16,375 nt of DNA, from assembly GCA_964014485.1 (NCBI GenBank), contig CAXHAT010000177.1, forward strand, positions 1 through 16,375, given 5' to 3'. This stretch comes from an uncultured Deferribacteres bacterium. GTDB taxonomy: Bacteria; Zhuqueibacterota; Zhuqueibacteria; Zhuqueibacterales; Geothermadaptataceae. The notes below the pieces were generated by a model that ran no database searches, had not been told where the DNA came from, and saw only the letters and a program-made list of their open reading frames with translations. Below are positions 1 to 6,721 of this stretch, piece by piece (the stretch's first letter is position 1; each line of letters opens with the position of its first letter). The translations under genes were made by a program, and so were the position numbers.

Positions 1-44
1 ATGCAATGGAGTCTCGTGGGCTCGGAGATGTGTATAAGAGACAG
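1..44 (+). other. Illumina Nextera read-2 adapter (11-44) plus probable 10-nt i7 index (1-10); sequencing artefact
   Basis: 11-44 = GTCTCGTGGGCTCGG AGATGTGTATAAGAGACAG, the Nextera read-2 sequence including the 19-bp Tn5 mosaic end. It sits at the contig end, and the preceding 10 nt occupy the i7 index position. Confidence 0.97.
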
Positions 45-137
45 ATCGAGCGCCGCCTGGCGCACGTCCGGATTGTTGCCGCCGCGAGCATTGCGCAGCG
101 TAGCGAATTTGTTGACGTTAACGCTTAACAACGTCAT
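45..137 (-). CDS. pdxJ: Pyridoxine 5'-phosphate synthase, N-terminal 31 codons only (truncated by adapter/contig end)
   Basis: Manual translation from ATG at 137 gives [31 protein letters not shown], which matches the PdxJ N-terminal signature (L-S/G-V-N-x-N/D-K/[10 protein letters not shown]). GAGGTG RBS at 142-147. Not in the ORF track. Confidence 0.9.
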
Positions 138-181
138 TTTGCACCTCTATTTTTAAGAAGTTCCGTTTGACGAGCCTATCG

Positions 182-221
182 AAAAAGCTCGGGATTCGAG
201 TATTAGAAGAATCCGGGCTTT
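182..221 (-). terminator. Candidate intrinsic terminator between the SGNH gene and pdxJ
   Basis: Imperfect inverted repeat AAAGCTCGGGATTC (184-197) / GAATCCGGGCTTT (209-221). On the - strand the stem runs into a T5 tract, 66 nt after the stop at 288. Confidence 0.4.
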
Positions 222-287
222 GCGCGCCTGATTAGATGAGTCACAGGTAATTTAACCCGGTGAGAAAAATTCCCAATGAAAAAGAAT

Positions 288-1505
288 TTAATTATGGGGA
301 TTCTGCGCTCCGCCGACAGGTTGAGGCGCGGGCTGAGCAGCTTCGCCGATATATTCCGCGAGCGTTCGGGCAACGATTTGATTGCCTCGCGGCGAGTAGT
401 GAGATTTCATGAAGAGCGTTTTCAAGTTATCATTCTTCCCAAATTTCTCGAAGCCGTCCATAAGGTCCACCCAATCCATCCCGGAGTCTTGCAGGAAAGC
501 GATTAGCGGCTGGTAAATGCGTCTGCCTCGCTTGCGAAATTGCGTCAAATCCTTCCGTGCCGGGAGTAAGACAACGATCGGTTTTTCCCCTCGGCGCATC
601 GCTTCTTGGTAAAATGCGGTAAGAATGCGTTGTGTGAGAATAAAAGCCCGCGAATTTTCATTGATGATGTTTTGAACGATGATCTCGTCAACGGGATCAG
701 TTTTTTTGTAGGCGTATTTGAGCGTTTTACCCAACCGGAGAGACGGGACGCGATCCCAGGACTTTTTATCGTACCCTTGCCGGAAGAAGTCATCGTGCCG
801 TCCAAGTTCAGGAATTCGATCTCCAGGATTGAGTAACATTTCACGGTAGTTGTTGATGGAAGGCATCGGATTCGGCAAAAGCTTTAAGGAGTCGTTGCGA
901 AGTATAAAACGCGGCTTTGAGAGCGGCAAGCCGGTGAATGAGTGAAGGAAAGGACGGAAAACGTTCACGTGCCGCCGAATGTCGGCAGGCATGACGCACA
1001 TAAAAACATAATTTCCGGGAAACCTTTTGCCGAGAGTCTGGTAGCGCAAAAAAGCCTGGTCCAGGCCATAGCCGCTGACGCCGAAATTGAGCGCCTCAAG
1101 CCGATTGTCAAGCGCCTCAAGTTGAGCCGCCCAGGTTTGGTCATTGTTCACTTCATCGCCAAACGTGAAGGAATCGCCGTGAACGGAGATGCGAATTTTT
1201 CCGGAATCAGGAATTTGAGAATATTCGCGGTTGCCGCGCAGTCCCTGAGCGTTAATTCTGTACAGCCCTTTCTCAACGTTCGGGTTCAGCGCCCAACCCG
1301 TAAGAGAATCGTGGACGATGTACGCCTCATTCGCCAAATAGATTTTCAGCATGTCTCGATGCAGGTCGGATACGCTTGTCTTGAGAATCGGGTTGTAGTA
1401 AACGTCTTTTTGTTTTTCCAGGAAGATGAGCCCCAAGAAAGCGAGTCCTTCGAAAATCAGGTAGAGAAGGACGAGCATTATCGTCCACATAGATTTCCGC
1501 GTCAT
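288..1505 (-). CDS. SGNH/GDSL hydrolase family protein with N-terminal membrane anchor
   Basis: 405 aa. N-terminal hydrophobic helix, 'INAQGLRG', block I HGDSFTFG, block II NFGVSGYG, C-terminal HYSPRGNQIVA (block V His). Confidence 0.85.
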   Translation of the reverse strand: MTRKSMWTIMLVLLYLIFEGLAFLGLIFLEKQKDVYYNPILKTSVSDLHRDMLKIYLANEAYIVHDSLTGWALNPNVEKGLYRINAQGLRGNREYSQIPDSGKIRISVHGDSFTFGDEVNNDQTWAAQLEALDNRLEALNFGVSGYGLDQAFLRYQTLGKRFPGNYVFMCVMPADIRRHVNVFRPFLHSFTGLPLSKPRFILRNDSLKLLPNPMPSINNYREMLLNPGDRIPELGRHDDFFRQGYDKKSWDRVPSLRLGKTLKYAYKKTDPVDEIIVQNIINENSRAFILTQRILTAFYQEAMRRGEKPIVVLLPARKDLTQFRKRGRRIYQPLIAFLQDSGMDWVDLMDGFEKFGKNDNLKTLFMKSHYSPRGNQIVARTLAEYIGEAAQPAPQPVGGAQNPHN

Positions 1506-1581
1506 GAAAAAACCGAGTAAAACAGGTTCATACGACTAAAAGGTATAGACGATAATACCGTCCATTCCGCCAGGATGGAGA

Positions 1582-2679
1582 ATGGATGTTTTGTTTGAGC
1601 AAAAATCCTTTATATTTCACGTTATGAATTTTTATCGACCCGTATTAAAAATTGCGTTGATTGGGTATGGAAACGTCGCCAAAGCCTTTGTAAAACTGCT
1701 GCATGAAAAGGCGGCGCAATTGCCTTTCTCACCGGCGATTTCCGGCGTTTACACAAGAACGCTTGGCTTTCGATGGCTTCCGGACAAAGCGTTTTTACCG
1801 GAGGAAATTCTCGCCAACTTGCCCGGTCCAAGACGAATTATGGGCGGCGCATCCAAATTTATTGAACGCATTGAAGCGGACGTTCTCGTTGAATTGACGG
1901 TTTTGGACAAGGAATCTGGAGAACCGGCTGCGGAATATATTCGAACGGCGCTCAATAGCGGCAAACATGTGGTCACCGCCAACAAAGGCCCGATCGCTTA
2001 CTTTTTTCATGAGTTGCACGCAATCTCGGAAAGGCAAAAATTGCGTTTGCGGTTCGAATCCAGCGTCGCCGACGGCTTGCCGATTTTTAGTTTGTTTCGT
2101 TACGGTTTGCCTGCGTCAAAAATTGTGAAAATACGCGGCGTTCTCAACAGCACCGCTAATTATGTATTGGCGCGTATGGCGAAAGGCGTGCCGGAATCGA
2201 GGGCGGTCGGCGAGGCGCAGGCTTCCGGCATCGCTGAAGCCAATCCAGAATTTGATTTGGATGGATGGGACGGGGCGATGAAAGCGGTTATTTTGGGAAA
2301 CGTACTTATGAAAGGCGCGCTGAGCCCCCGGGACGTTGTGCGAGATTCATTCTCCAGCCGCGCTTCAGAACTCATTTCTCGTGCGGCTAAAATAGGCGGC
2401 AAGCCGCAACAGATTGTACGTTTGGAGAGAGTCGATAACAAAATTGAAGCATCTGTCCGGCTGCAGGCTACCCAGCCGGACGATCCGCTCTTTCCGATGT
2501 CCGGATTTGATAACGGGCTGACGCTTGAAAGCGATACAATGGGCAGAATTTTACTGGTTGAAAAAGCGCCAAGTCTGCGCCAAACGGCTTTCGGCGTGTT
2601 GAGCGATTTGATCGACGTGTATTATCGCGGCGTTCTGCCTAAACGCCCGCCAAGCTTGTTCGATGTGGAGCCGGGGTAG
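1582..2679 (+). CDS. hom: Homoserine dehydrogenase (short form, no ACT domain); start may be ATG 1624
   Basis: Rossmann IALIGYGNVA, GKHVVTANKGP, FESSVADGLPI, GVLNSTANY, AQASGIAEANPEFDLDGWDGAMK, TAFGVLSDL: all homoserine dehydrogenase motifs. Confidence 0.9.
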   Translation: MDVLFEQKSFIFHVMNFYRPVLKIALIGYGNVAKAFVKLLHEKAAQLPFSPAISGVYTRTLGFRWLPDKAFLPEEILANLPGPRRIMGGASKFIERIEADVLVELTVLDKESGEPAAEYIRTALNSGKHVVTANKGPIAYFFHELHAISERQKLRLRFESSVADGLPIFSLFRYGLPASKIVKIRGVLNSTANYVLARMAKGVPESRAVGEAQASGIAEANPEFDLDGWDGAMKAVILGNVLMKGALSPRDVVRDSFSSRASELISRAAKIGGKPQQIVRLERVDNKIEASVRLQATQPDDPLFPMSGFDNGLTLESDTMGRILLVEKAPSLRQTAFGVLSDLIDVYYRGVLPKRPPSLFDVEPG

Positions 2680-2822
2680 GGCCGCTTCGCTGTTATTCTT
2701 GGATGAGTCTGTGGAGCCGGAAGCAGACCGCGACGCCAATCTTACTAATTGATGTTACGTACAGAAACGCACATCCTGGATTTTGGAGTAAACATCACTT
2801 CTGGATGAAAGGCATGCCACGT

Positions 2823-2850
2823 GTAGGGGTTCAAAATCTTGAACCTCTAC
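2823..2850. repeat. 28-bp GTAG-type REP palindrome, subfamily 1
   Basis: GTAGGGGTTCAA-AATC-TTGAACCTCTAC. Near-identical copies at 8150 and 15744. Flank 2790-2822 aligns with the left arm of the 15700 element. Confidence 0.85.
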
Positions 2851-2883
2851 GGCATACTGTGTAACATCTTGAAAATATTGCGG

Positions 2884-3008
2884 CTCGTTCCCAAACTCCG
2901 GTTTGGGAATGAAAATGGGCGCGAAACTCCGGTTTCGAGCCAAAGAATTGCTCTCGAAACTGGAGTTTCGAGTACAATTTCGCTCCCAATCCAGAGATTG
3001 GGAACGAG
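2884..3008. repeat. 125-bp four-hairpin REPIN-like element (family C)
   Basis: Ends CTCGTTCCCAA / TTGGGAACGAG. Internal hairpins at 2888-2909, 2922-2937, 2953-2972 and 2984-3003, with the last two being inverted versions of the first two. Confidence 0.8.
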
Positions 3009-3127
3009 AATTTTGGGCGTCTCTAAATTAGGTTCACGGTAGTGCGCCTCCGCAGAATAACGTTGATAAAAGGTTGCTGTATTATGAAGCTGGCGCGTAA
3101 CATCAATTAACAAACCCAAAACGTTCA

Positions 3128-4792
3128 TCAATCCTTTCTAATCACAATGTCCGAACTGGTTTCGAGACGAATCAGTCCGCCGCCGTCGCCCAGCGTGGCG
3201 CGAATATCTTTGTTGCCTTTGCTGCGGTCGTCTTCACCGCCGAGATAGACCGGAAAATCCGAGCGAATTTTACCGTACTTCGTCGACGCCAAAATCTTCG
3301 CGTCGATGGACTCCGGCAAATGCACTGTAATTGGTTTGTAGGTCGTTATGAGCTCAATTCGTCCATTGCGCGGGAAGGATGAAATGTCAGAGACTTCGAT
3401 GGGGCTGCTGTTGCCGCGTACGGTGATCGAACCGCGCGTGCCTTTTACCACGACGTATTTGTACGAATTACGCACGTCAAGATCGCCTGTAACGCCGTCG
3501 ACGGATATAGTACAGGAACCGCCGGCGATTTCAACATCGCCTTTAATGTCTTCTACATTGACGTGTTTATAGGAAGACTTGATCGTCGCGCCGTTGCCGA
3601 CATTTTTGACCGTGACCGGGCTGGAGCCGCCCTTGATCTGTAAACTGCCGCCAACGTTTTCAATTTCAATGTCTTTGTAACTCGAAACCACATCGACGTT
3701 ACCGCGAATGTCGCGCGCATAAATTGGACAAGAGCTGCCGTCAATCTCCAAATCCCCGCCCACCTGTTCGACGCGCAATATTTTGTAAGAAGAACGAATG
3801 TAAGCGCCCTTGCCGATACGTTTCGCGGTTACGGTAGAAGACTGTCCCATAAAATTCAGTTCGCCGCCCACGCTGTCAATAAAAACTTCTTTGTAGCTGC
3901 TTCGGATGGAAGCGTCGCCGCGAATTCGACTTGCTTCAATGCCGCAGCTTGGCCCGTTAATCGTCAAGCGGCCTTGAACGCCCTTAACTTCGATGAGCTT
4001 GTACGACGAAGTAATGTCGCAATCGCCCTTAACCGTTTCGCCGGTAATCGGGCTGCTCTGCCCCGTCACCGTCAATTCTCCGACAATATTGCGGAAGCGT
4101 ATGGATTTGTAGCTGTTCTGAACGCGAGCGTCGCCGCGAATATCGCGCAGTTCGACTTGTCCGCTGCCATTTTTTACTTCAAGCGGGCCGTTGAAATTAT
4201 CAATATCGACAAGCGCGTAATTATTATGAACTTCCGCGCGACCACCGCAATCGTTCAGACGGACTTCTCCAGACGTGTTCCTGATCTCCAGCTCTCCGGC
4301 AACATCGGTGATTTCCACGTCGCCGTACTTATTTTCCAACCGCAAAGAATATCGTTTTGGAAGCGTAATTTTGAGATCGGTCGAAATGGAAATATTGATC
4401 TTGCCGCCGCGAAAAAACGAGCGCCACAAGCCGCCTCTGTTGCGCATTTTATGGATGACGTCGCGAGGAGTTTGCAAGCTTAATCTCGCGCCGTCGCGGT
4501 AAGATTCGAGCGTAACTTCCGTTTGCGAAAACAATTCGTCGGTCAGTTCCGCGTCAATGTCAGTGATTTCGATGATCGCTTCAGCTTCAATTTTGTTTCC
4601 GGCCCCGCCAATAACAAAAACGTCAGCGTAGGTTTCATCGATATAGAGCGTGCCTCCGGCCTGCGTCGCAAGCGAAGCCGTGAAAGTTTTTCGTTCCTTT
4701 TTGCGCGATTCGTTACCGTTCGCGAAAACGCTTGCACTGACGAAAAACGTCAATGTCAAAAAAACGACCTGACGATGGATTTTTCTTTTCAT
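3128..4792 (-). CDS. Exported DUF4097-like beta-strand repeat (putative adhesin / beta-solenoid) protein
   Basis: 554 aa. Signal peptide ending ASVFA, 'ITLPKRYSLRLENKYGDVEI', tandem 36-aa Gly/beta repeats, C-terminal 'STKYGKIRSDFP...LGDGGGLIRLETS'. GAGG RBS at 4801-4804. Confidence 0.8.
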   Translation of the reverse strand: MKRKIHRQVVFLTLTFFVSASVFANGNESRKKERKTFTASLATQAGGTLYIDETYADVFVIGGAGNKIEAEAIIEITDIDAELTDELFSQTEVTLESYRDGARLSLQTPRDVIHKMRNRGGLWRSFFRGGKINISISTDLKITLPKRYSLRLENKYGDVEITDVAGELEIRNTSGEVRLNDCGGRAEVHNNYALVDIDNFNGPLEVKNGSGQVELRDIRGDARVQNSYKSIRFRNIVGELTVTGQSSPITGETVKGDCDITSSYKLIEVKGVQGRLTINGPSCGIEASRIRGDASIRSSYKEVFIDSVGGELNFMGQSSTVTAKRIGKGAYIRSSYKILRVEQVGGDLEIDGSSCPIYARDIRGNVDVVSSYKDIEIENVGGSLQIKGGSSPVTVKNVGNGATIKSSYKHVNVEDIKGDVEIAGGSCTISVDGVTGDLDVRNSYKYVVVKGTRGSITVRGNSSPIEVSDISSFPRNGRIELITTYKPITVHLPESIDAKILASTKYGKIRSDFPVYLGGEDDRSKGNKDIRATLGDGGGLIRLETSSDIVIRKD

Positions 4793-4854
4793 TGTTTCAG
4801 CCTCAATTTCGGTTTATTCAGTAACCAGGAATCTATTTTTTACAGTCAAATGTG

Positions 4855-4882
4855 GTAGAGTTGTGGTGCATCGCGACTCTAC
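4855..4882. repeat. 28-bp GTAG-type REP palindrome, subfamily 2
   Basis: GTAGAGTTGTGGTG-CATCGCGACTCTAC: full palindrome apart from three G:T-type mismatches. Related copy at 11944. Confidence 0.75.
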
Positions 4883-4891
4883 AAAAATGTT

Positions 4892-5539
4892 CTAAAGCGC
4901 GCTTTCCGGGTTTTTCAAAAGACCTTCCAACGTTGTCCGCTTGTCTTGCAACGCCGCCATCATGTAACGCCGGATATGCGCGTTGCCAGGGTTTTCCGCC
5001 AAAGCTTCCCGGCATCGTTCAATCTGGGCGTCAATGGTTTCGAGCTTGTCGCGATAGAGAAGCGCGAGTTCAATGTCCATTTCCAAAATCTTTTTGTTCG
5101 CCGTCGTTTCCAGTTGTGCGATTGCTTCTTCGTAAGCCTTTTCCGTCTGGCGAACCTGCTCCAAAGCCGACTCGGTTAGCAGCCGCGCAGAAGGTTGGGG
5201 CGCTTGCGTCTCTTTTTGCACAAAAAAGATTCCCGCGCTCACCGCAACAAGAAGAACCGCCGCCATCGCCATGCGGAAAATTGGGCGTGAATGCCATTTT
5301 TTAAACTGAGCCGTCTGTGCGAACCGCTCTTCTCGCTGAATTTCTTCACGGAGCGTGTTTTCGATTTTGCCCCACAGCATGGGCGAGTCAATTTGCGCAC
5401 CCAATTGCCCCGCTTCATTCATGAGCCGTTGATCTTGCGCCGCCGCCCGGCTGCATTCTTCGCAGGTCTTAACGTGGTCGTCAAAAACAGCTTTTTCGAC
5501 CAAGCCCAATTCGTGTTTTTCGTAAAGTTCGCAAGACAT
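4892..5539 (-). CDS. Zinc-binding (ZAS/zf-HC2-like) transmembrane anti-sigma factor
   Basis: MSC...HVKTCEEC (HxxxCxxC), one TM segment (MAMAAVLLVAVSAGIFFV), helical C-terminal domain. Downstream of the ECF sigma. Start taken as ATG 5539 with AGGT upstream; the ORF track start is 5566. Confidence 0.8.
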   Translation of the reverse strand: MSCELYEKHELGLVEKAVFDDHVKTCEECSRAAAQDQRLMNEAGQLGAQIDSPMLWGKIENTLREEIQREERFAQTAQFKKWHSRPIFRMAMAAVLLVAVSAGIFFVQKETQAPQPSARLLTESALEQVRQTEKAYEEAIAQLETTANKKILEMDIELALLYRDKLETIDAQIERCREALAENPGNAHIRRYMMAALQDKRTTLEGLLKNPESAL

Positions 5540-5662
5540 AAAATCTTTACCTGAAATGAGAAACATCTGTTTTTATTTGATCAAGCCAAATCATAATCAA
5601 AATATTCACTACCTGACACATTTTACAAATTGCCATTTAGACCTGGCGAGAAGGCCTCGAAT

Positions 5663-5753
5663 TGTCATTCTGTAAGAATCTTTGTTAGCGTCCGGCACAG
5701 CTTTTCTCCAAGAGTTCAAGGGTCAGGTTTAAAAAGATGCTTCCAGTATGACA
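5663..5753. repeat. 91-bp TGTCAT...ATGACA palindromic element (family D core, copy 1) with a degenerate outer shell about 5642-5774
   Basis: Ungapped manual alignment to 15542-15632 gives 70/91 identity. Both have terminal mini-hairpins. Confidence 0.8.
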
Positions 5754-5827
5754 ATTTTGGTTTTTTTGAGACGCTCGAAAAGTTACCATAAAAAGTGTCA
5801 GGTAGTGAATCAAAATATGATAGAGTC

Positions 5828-5898
5828 GTGGATTGCTGGAGTATTGGTTTGCCGCATTCCAATATTCCAGCAATCCACAATTCCAACATTCCGAGCAT
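5828..5898. repeat. Hairpin built from 8-nt-period repeats (TGGAGTAT / ATTCCAAT-like)
   Basis: GTGGATTGCTGGAGTATTGG (5828-5847) pairs 19/20 with CCAATATTCCAGCAATCCAC (5859-5878). Further TTCCAACA-like units continue to the sigma stop codon. Confidence 0.7.
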
Positions 5899-5899
5899 T

Positions 5900-6415
5900 T
5901 TAAGCATTCGATTCCGCCATAATTGCACGCAACTTCCGTTTCGCCTGAAAAACGTGCGACTTAACCGCGCCGACCGAGAGTTCGAGCATTTCGGCGATTT
6001 CTTCCTGCTTCACGCCTTCCACCGCAAAGAGCACAAAACAGGCGCGCATTCTGTCCGGCAACGTGCTGATAGCATCTTCGAGCTGGAGTCGCAAGTCCGT
6101 CGTCGGGGAAAAACCGCGCTCAATTCCATCCAGATCGCGCGTTGCGTGACGCTTGCGTTTTTCAATCAAATCAAAGCAGACGTTGAACATAATGCGAAAC
6201 AAATACGTGCTCAATTTTGCCTGAAATTTGAAGTTTTTGAGCCCGCGAAACAGCTTCATGAACGCCAACTGAATCGCGTCCTCCGCGTCTTCTTTTTTGC
6301 CAAGCATACGCAGACCGGCGTTCAGCAGCGGCTGCTCGTACTGGCGATAAATCAGCTCGAAAGCGCTCAGATCATTTTGCTGGCAGCGCAAAATTACCTC
6401 TCGCTCATTTTCCAA
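5900..6415 (-). CDS. ECF (group 4) RNA polymerase sigma-70 factor
   Basis: 171 aa. Region 2 'AFELIYRQY...DAEDAIQLAF...FKFQAKLSTYLFRIMFN'; region 4 'LPDRMRACFVL...EEIAEMLELSVGAVKSHVFQAKRKLR'. TTG start is uncertain. Confidence 0.93.
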   Translation of the reverse strand: MENEREVILRCQQNDLSAFELIYRQYEQPLLNAGLRMLGKKEDAEDAIQLAFMKLFRGLKNFKFQAKLSTYLFRIMFNVCFDLIEKRKRHATRDLDGIERGFSPTTDLRLQLEDAISTLPDRMRACFVLFAVEGVKQEEIAEMLELSVGAVKSHVFQAKRKLRAIMAESNA

Positions 6416-6556
6416 TTCCCGTATCAGGAGAACCTCTCAGGCAAAATATGATCATTCTTTGATCGCCGTCCCAAATCCACTCGAACGGCTCAACCGCAAG
6501 GTAATCAAGAATGATAATAAATCAACTCTTAGCGCTTTTTCATACCATTCAGCCAG

Positions 6557-6585
6557 TTAGACCAGGGGAGCTTGTGGGAAGGTTT
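6557..6585 (-). promoter_or_regulatory. Candidate ECF-dependent (autoregulatory) promoter
   Basis: - strand reads AAACCTT-N16-GTCTAA, the typical ECF AAC / GTC architecture and spacing, about 140 nt upstream of the sigma gene. Confidence 0.55.
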
Positions 6586-6652
6586 AGTTGCGTTGTTATT
6601 TTTGTGAAATTATGACGGAAGGCGTTTTGATCGGAGAATCTGGAGATAATTT

Positions 6653-6702
6653 TGGAGTGACGGAATATTGGATTGATGGAAATTCAACAATCCGTCACTT
6701 CA
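6653..6702. repeat. Second 8-nt-period hairpin; possible terminator of the barrel gene
   Basis: Units TGGAGTGA CGGAATAT TGGATTGA TGGAAATT. 6653-6670 pairs 15/18 with 6685-6702. Lies 19 nt past the stop at 6722. Confidence 0.6.
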
Positions 6703-6721
6703 TAGTTCGAAGCAACGTAAC

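Larger units (their letters stand above)
2746..3109. mobile_element. MITE-like shell (family A, copy 1) enclosing nested palindromic elements
   Basis: Perfect 14-bp terminal inverted repeat TAATTGATGTTACG (2746-2759) / CGTAACATCAATTA (3096-3109). Related ends bound 8052-8299. Lies between the convergent hom and DUF4097 genes. Confidence 0.6.

Noticed and set aside
26..44. Tn5/IS50 mosaic end as a natural transposon end
   Set aside because: It is preceded by the Nextera-specific GTCTCGTGGGCTCGG and lies at the contig end, so it is a library artefact.
942..1520. 192-aa + strand ORF and similar antisense ORFs across the window
   Set aside because: They are shadow ORFs opposite well-supported genes.
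1561..1586. TCCATTC/GAATGGA stem upstream of hom as an attenuator or riboswitch
   Set aside because: Only a 7-bp stem, with no leader peptide or recognisable SAM/lysine riboswitch core.
2755..3131. Short ORFs 2755-2943, 2839-3042 and 2847-3131
   Set aside because: They are translations of the palindromic repeat cluster, with no recognisable protein motif.
5685..6451. ORFs 5685-5873, 5716-5928 and 5795-6451
   Set aside because: They run across repeats or antisense to the sigma gene; their low-complexity segments derive from the 8-mer repeats.
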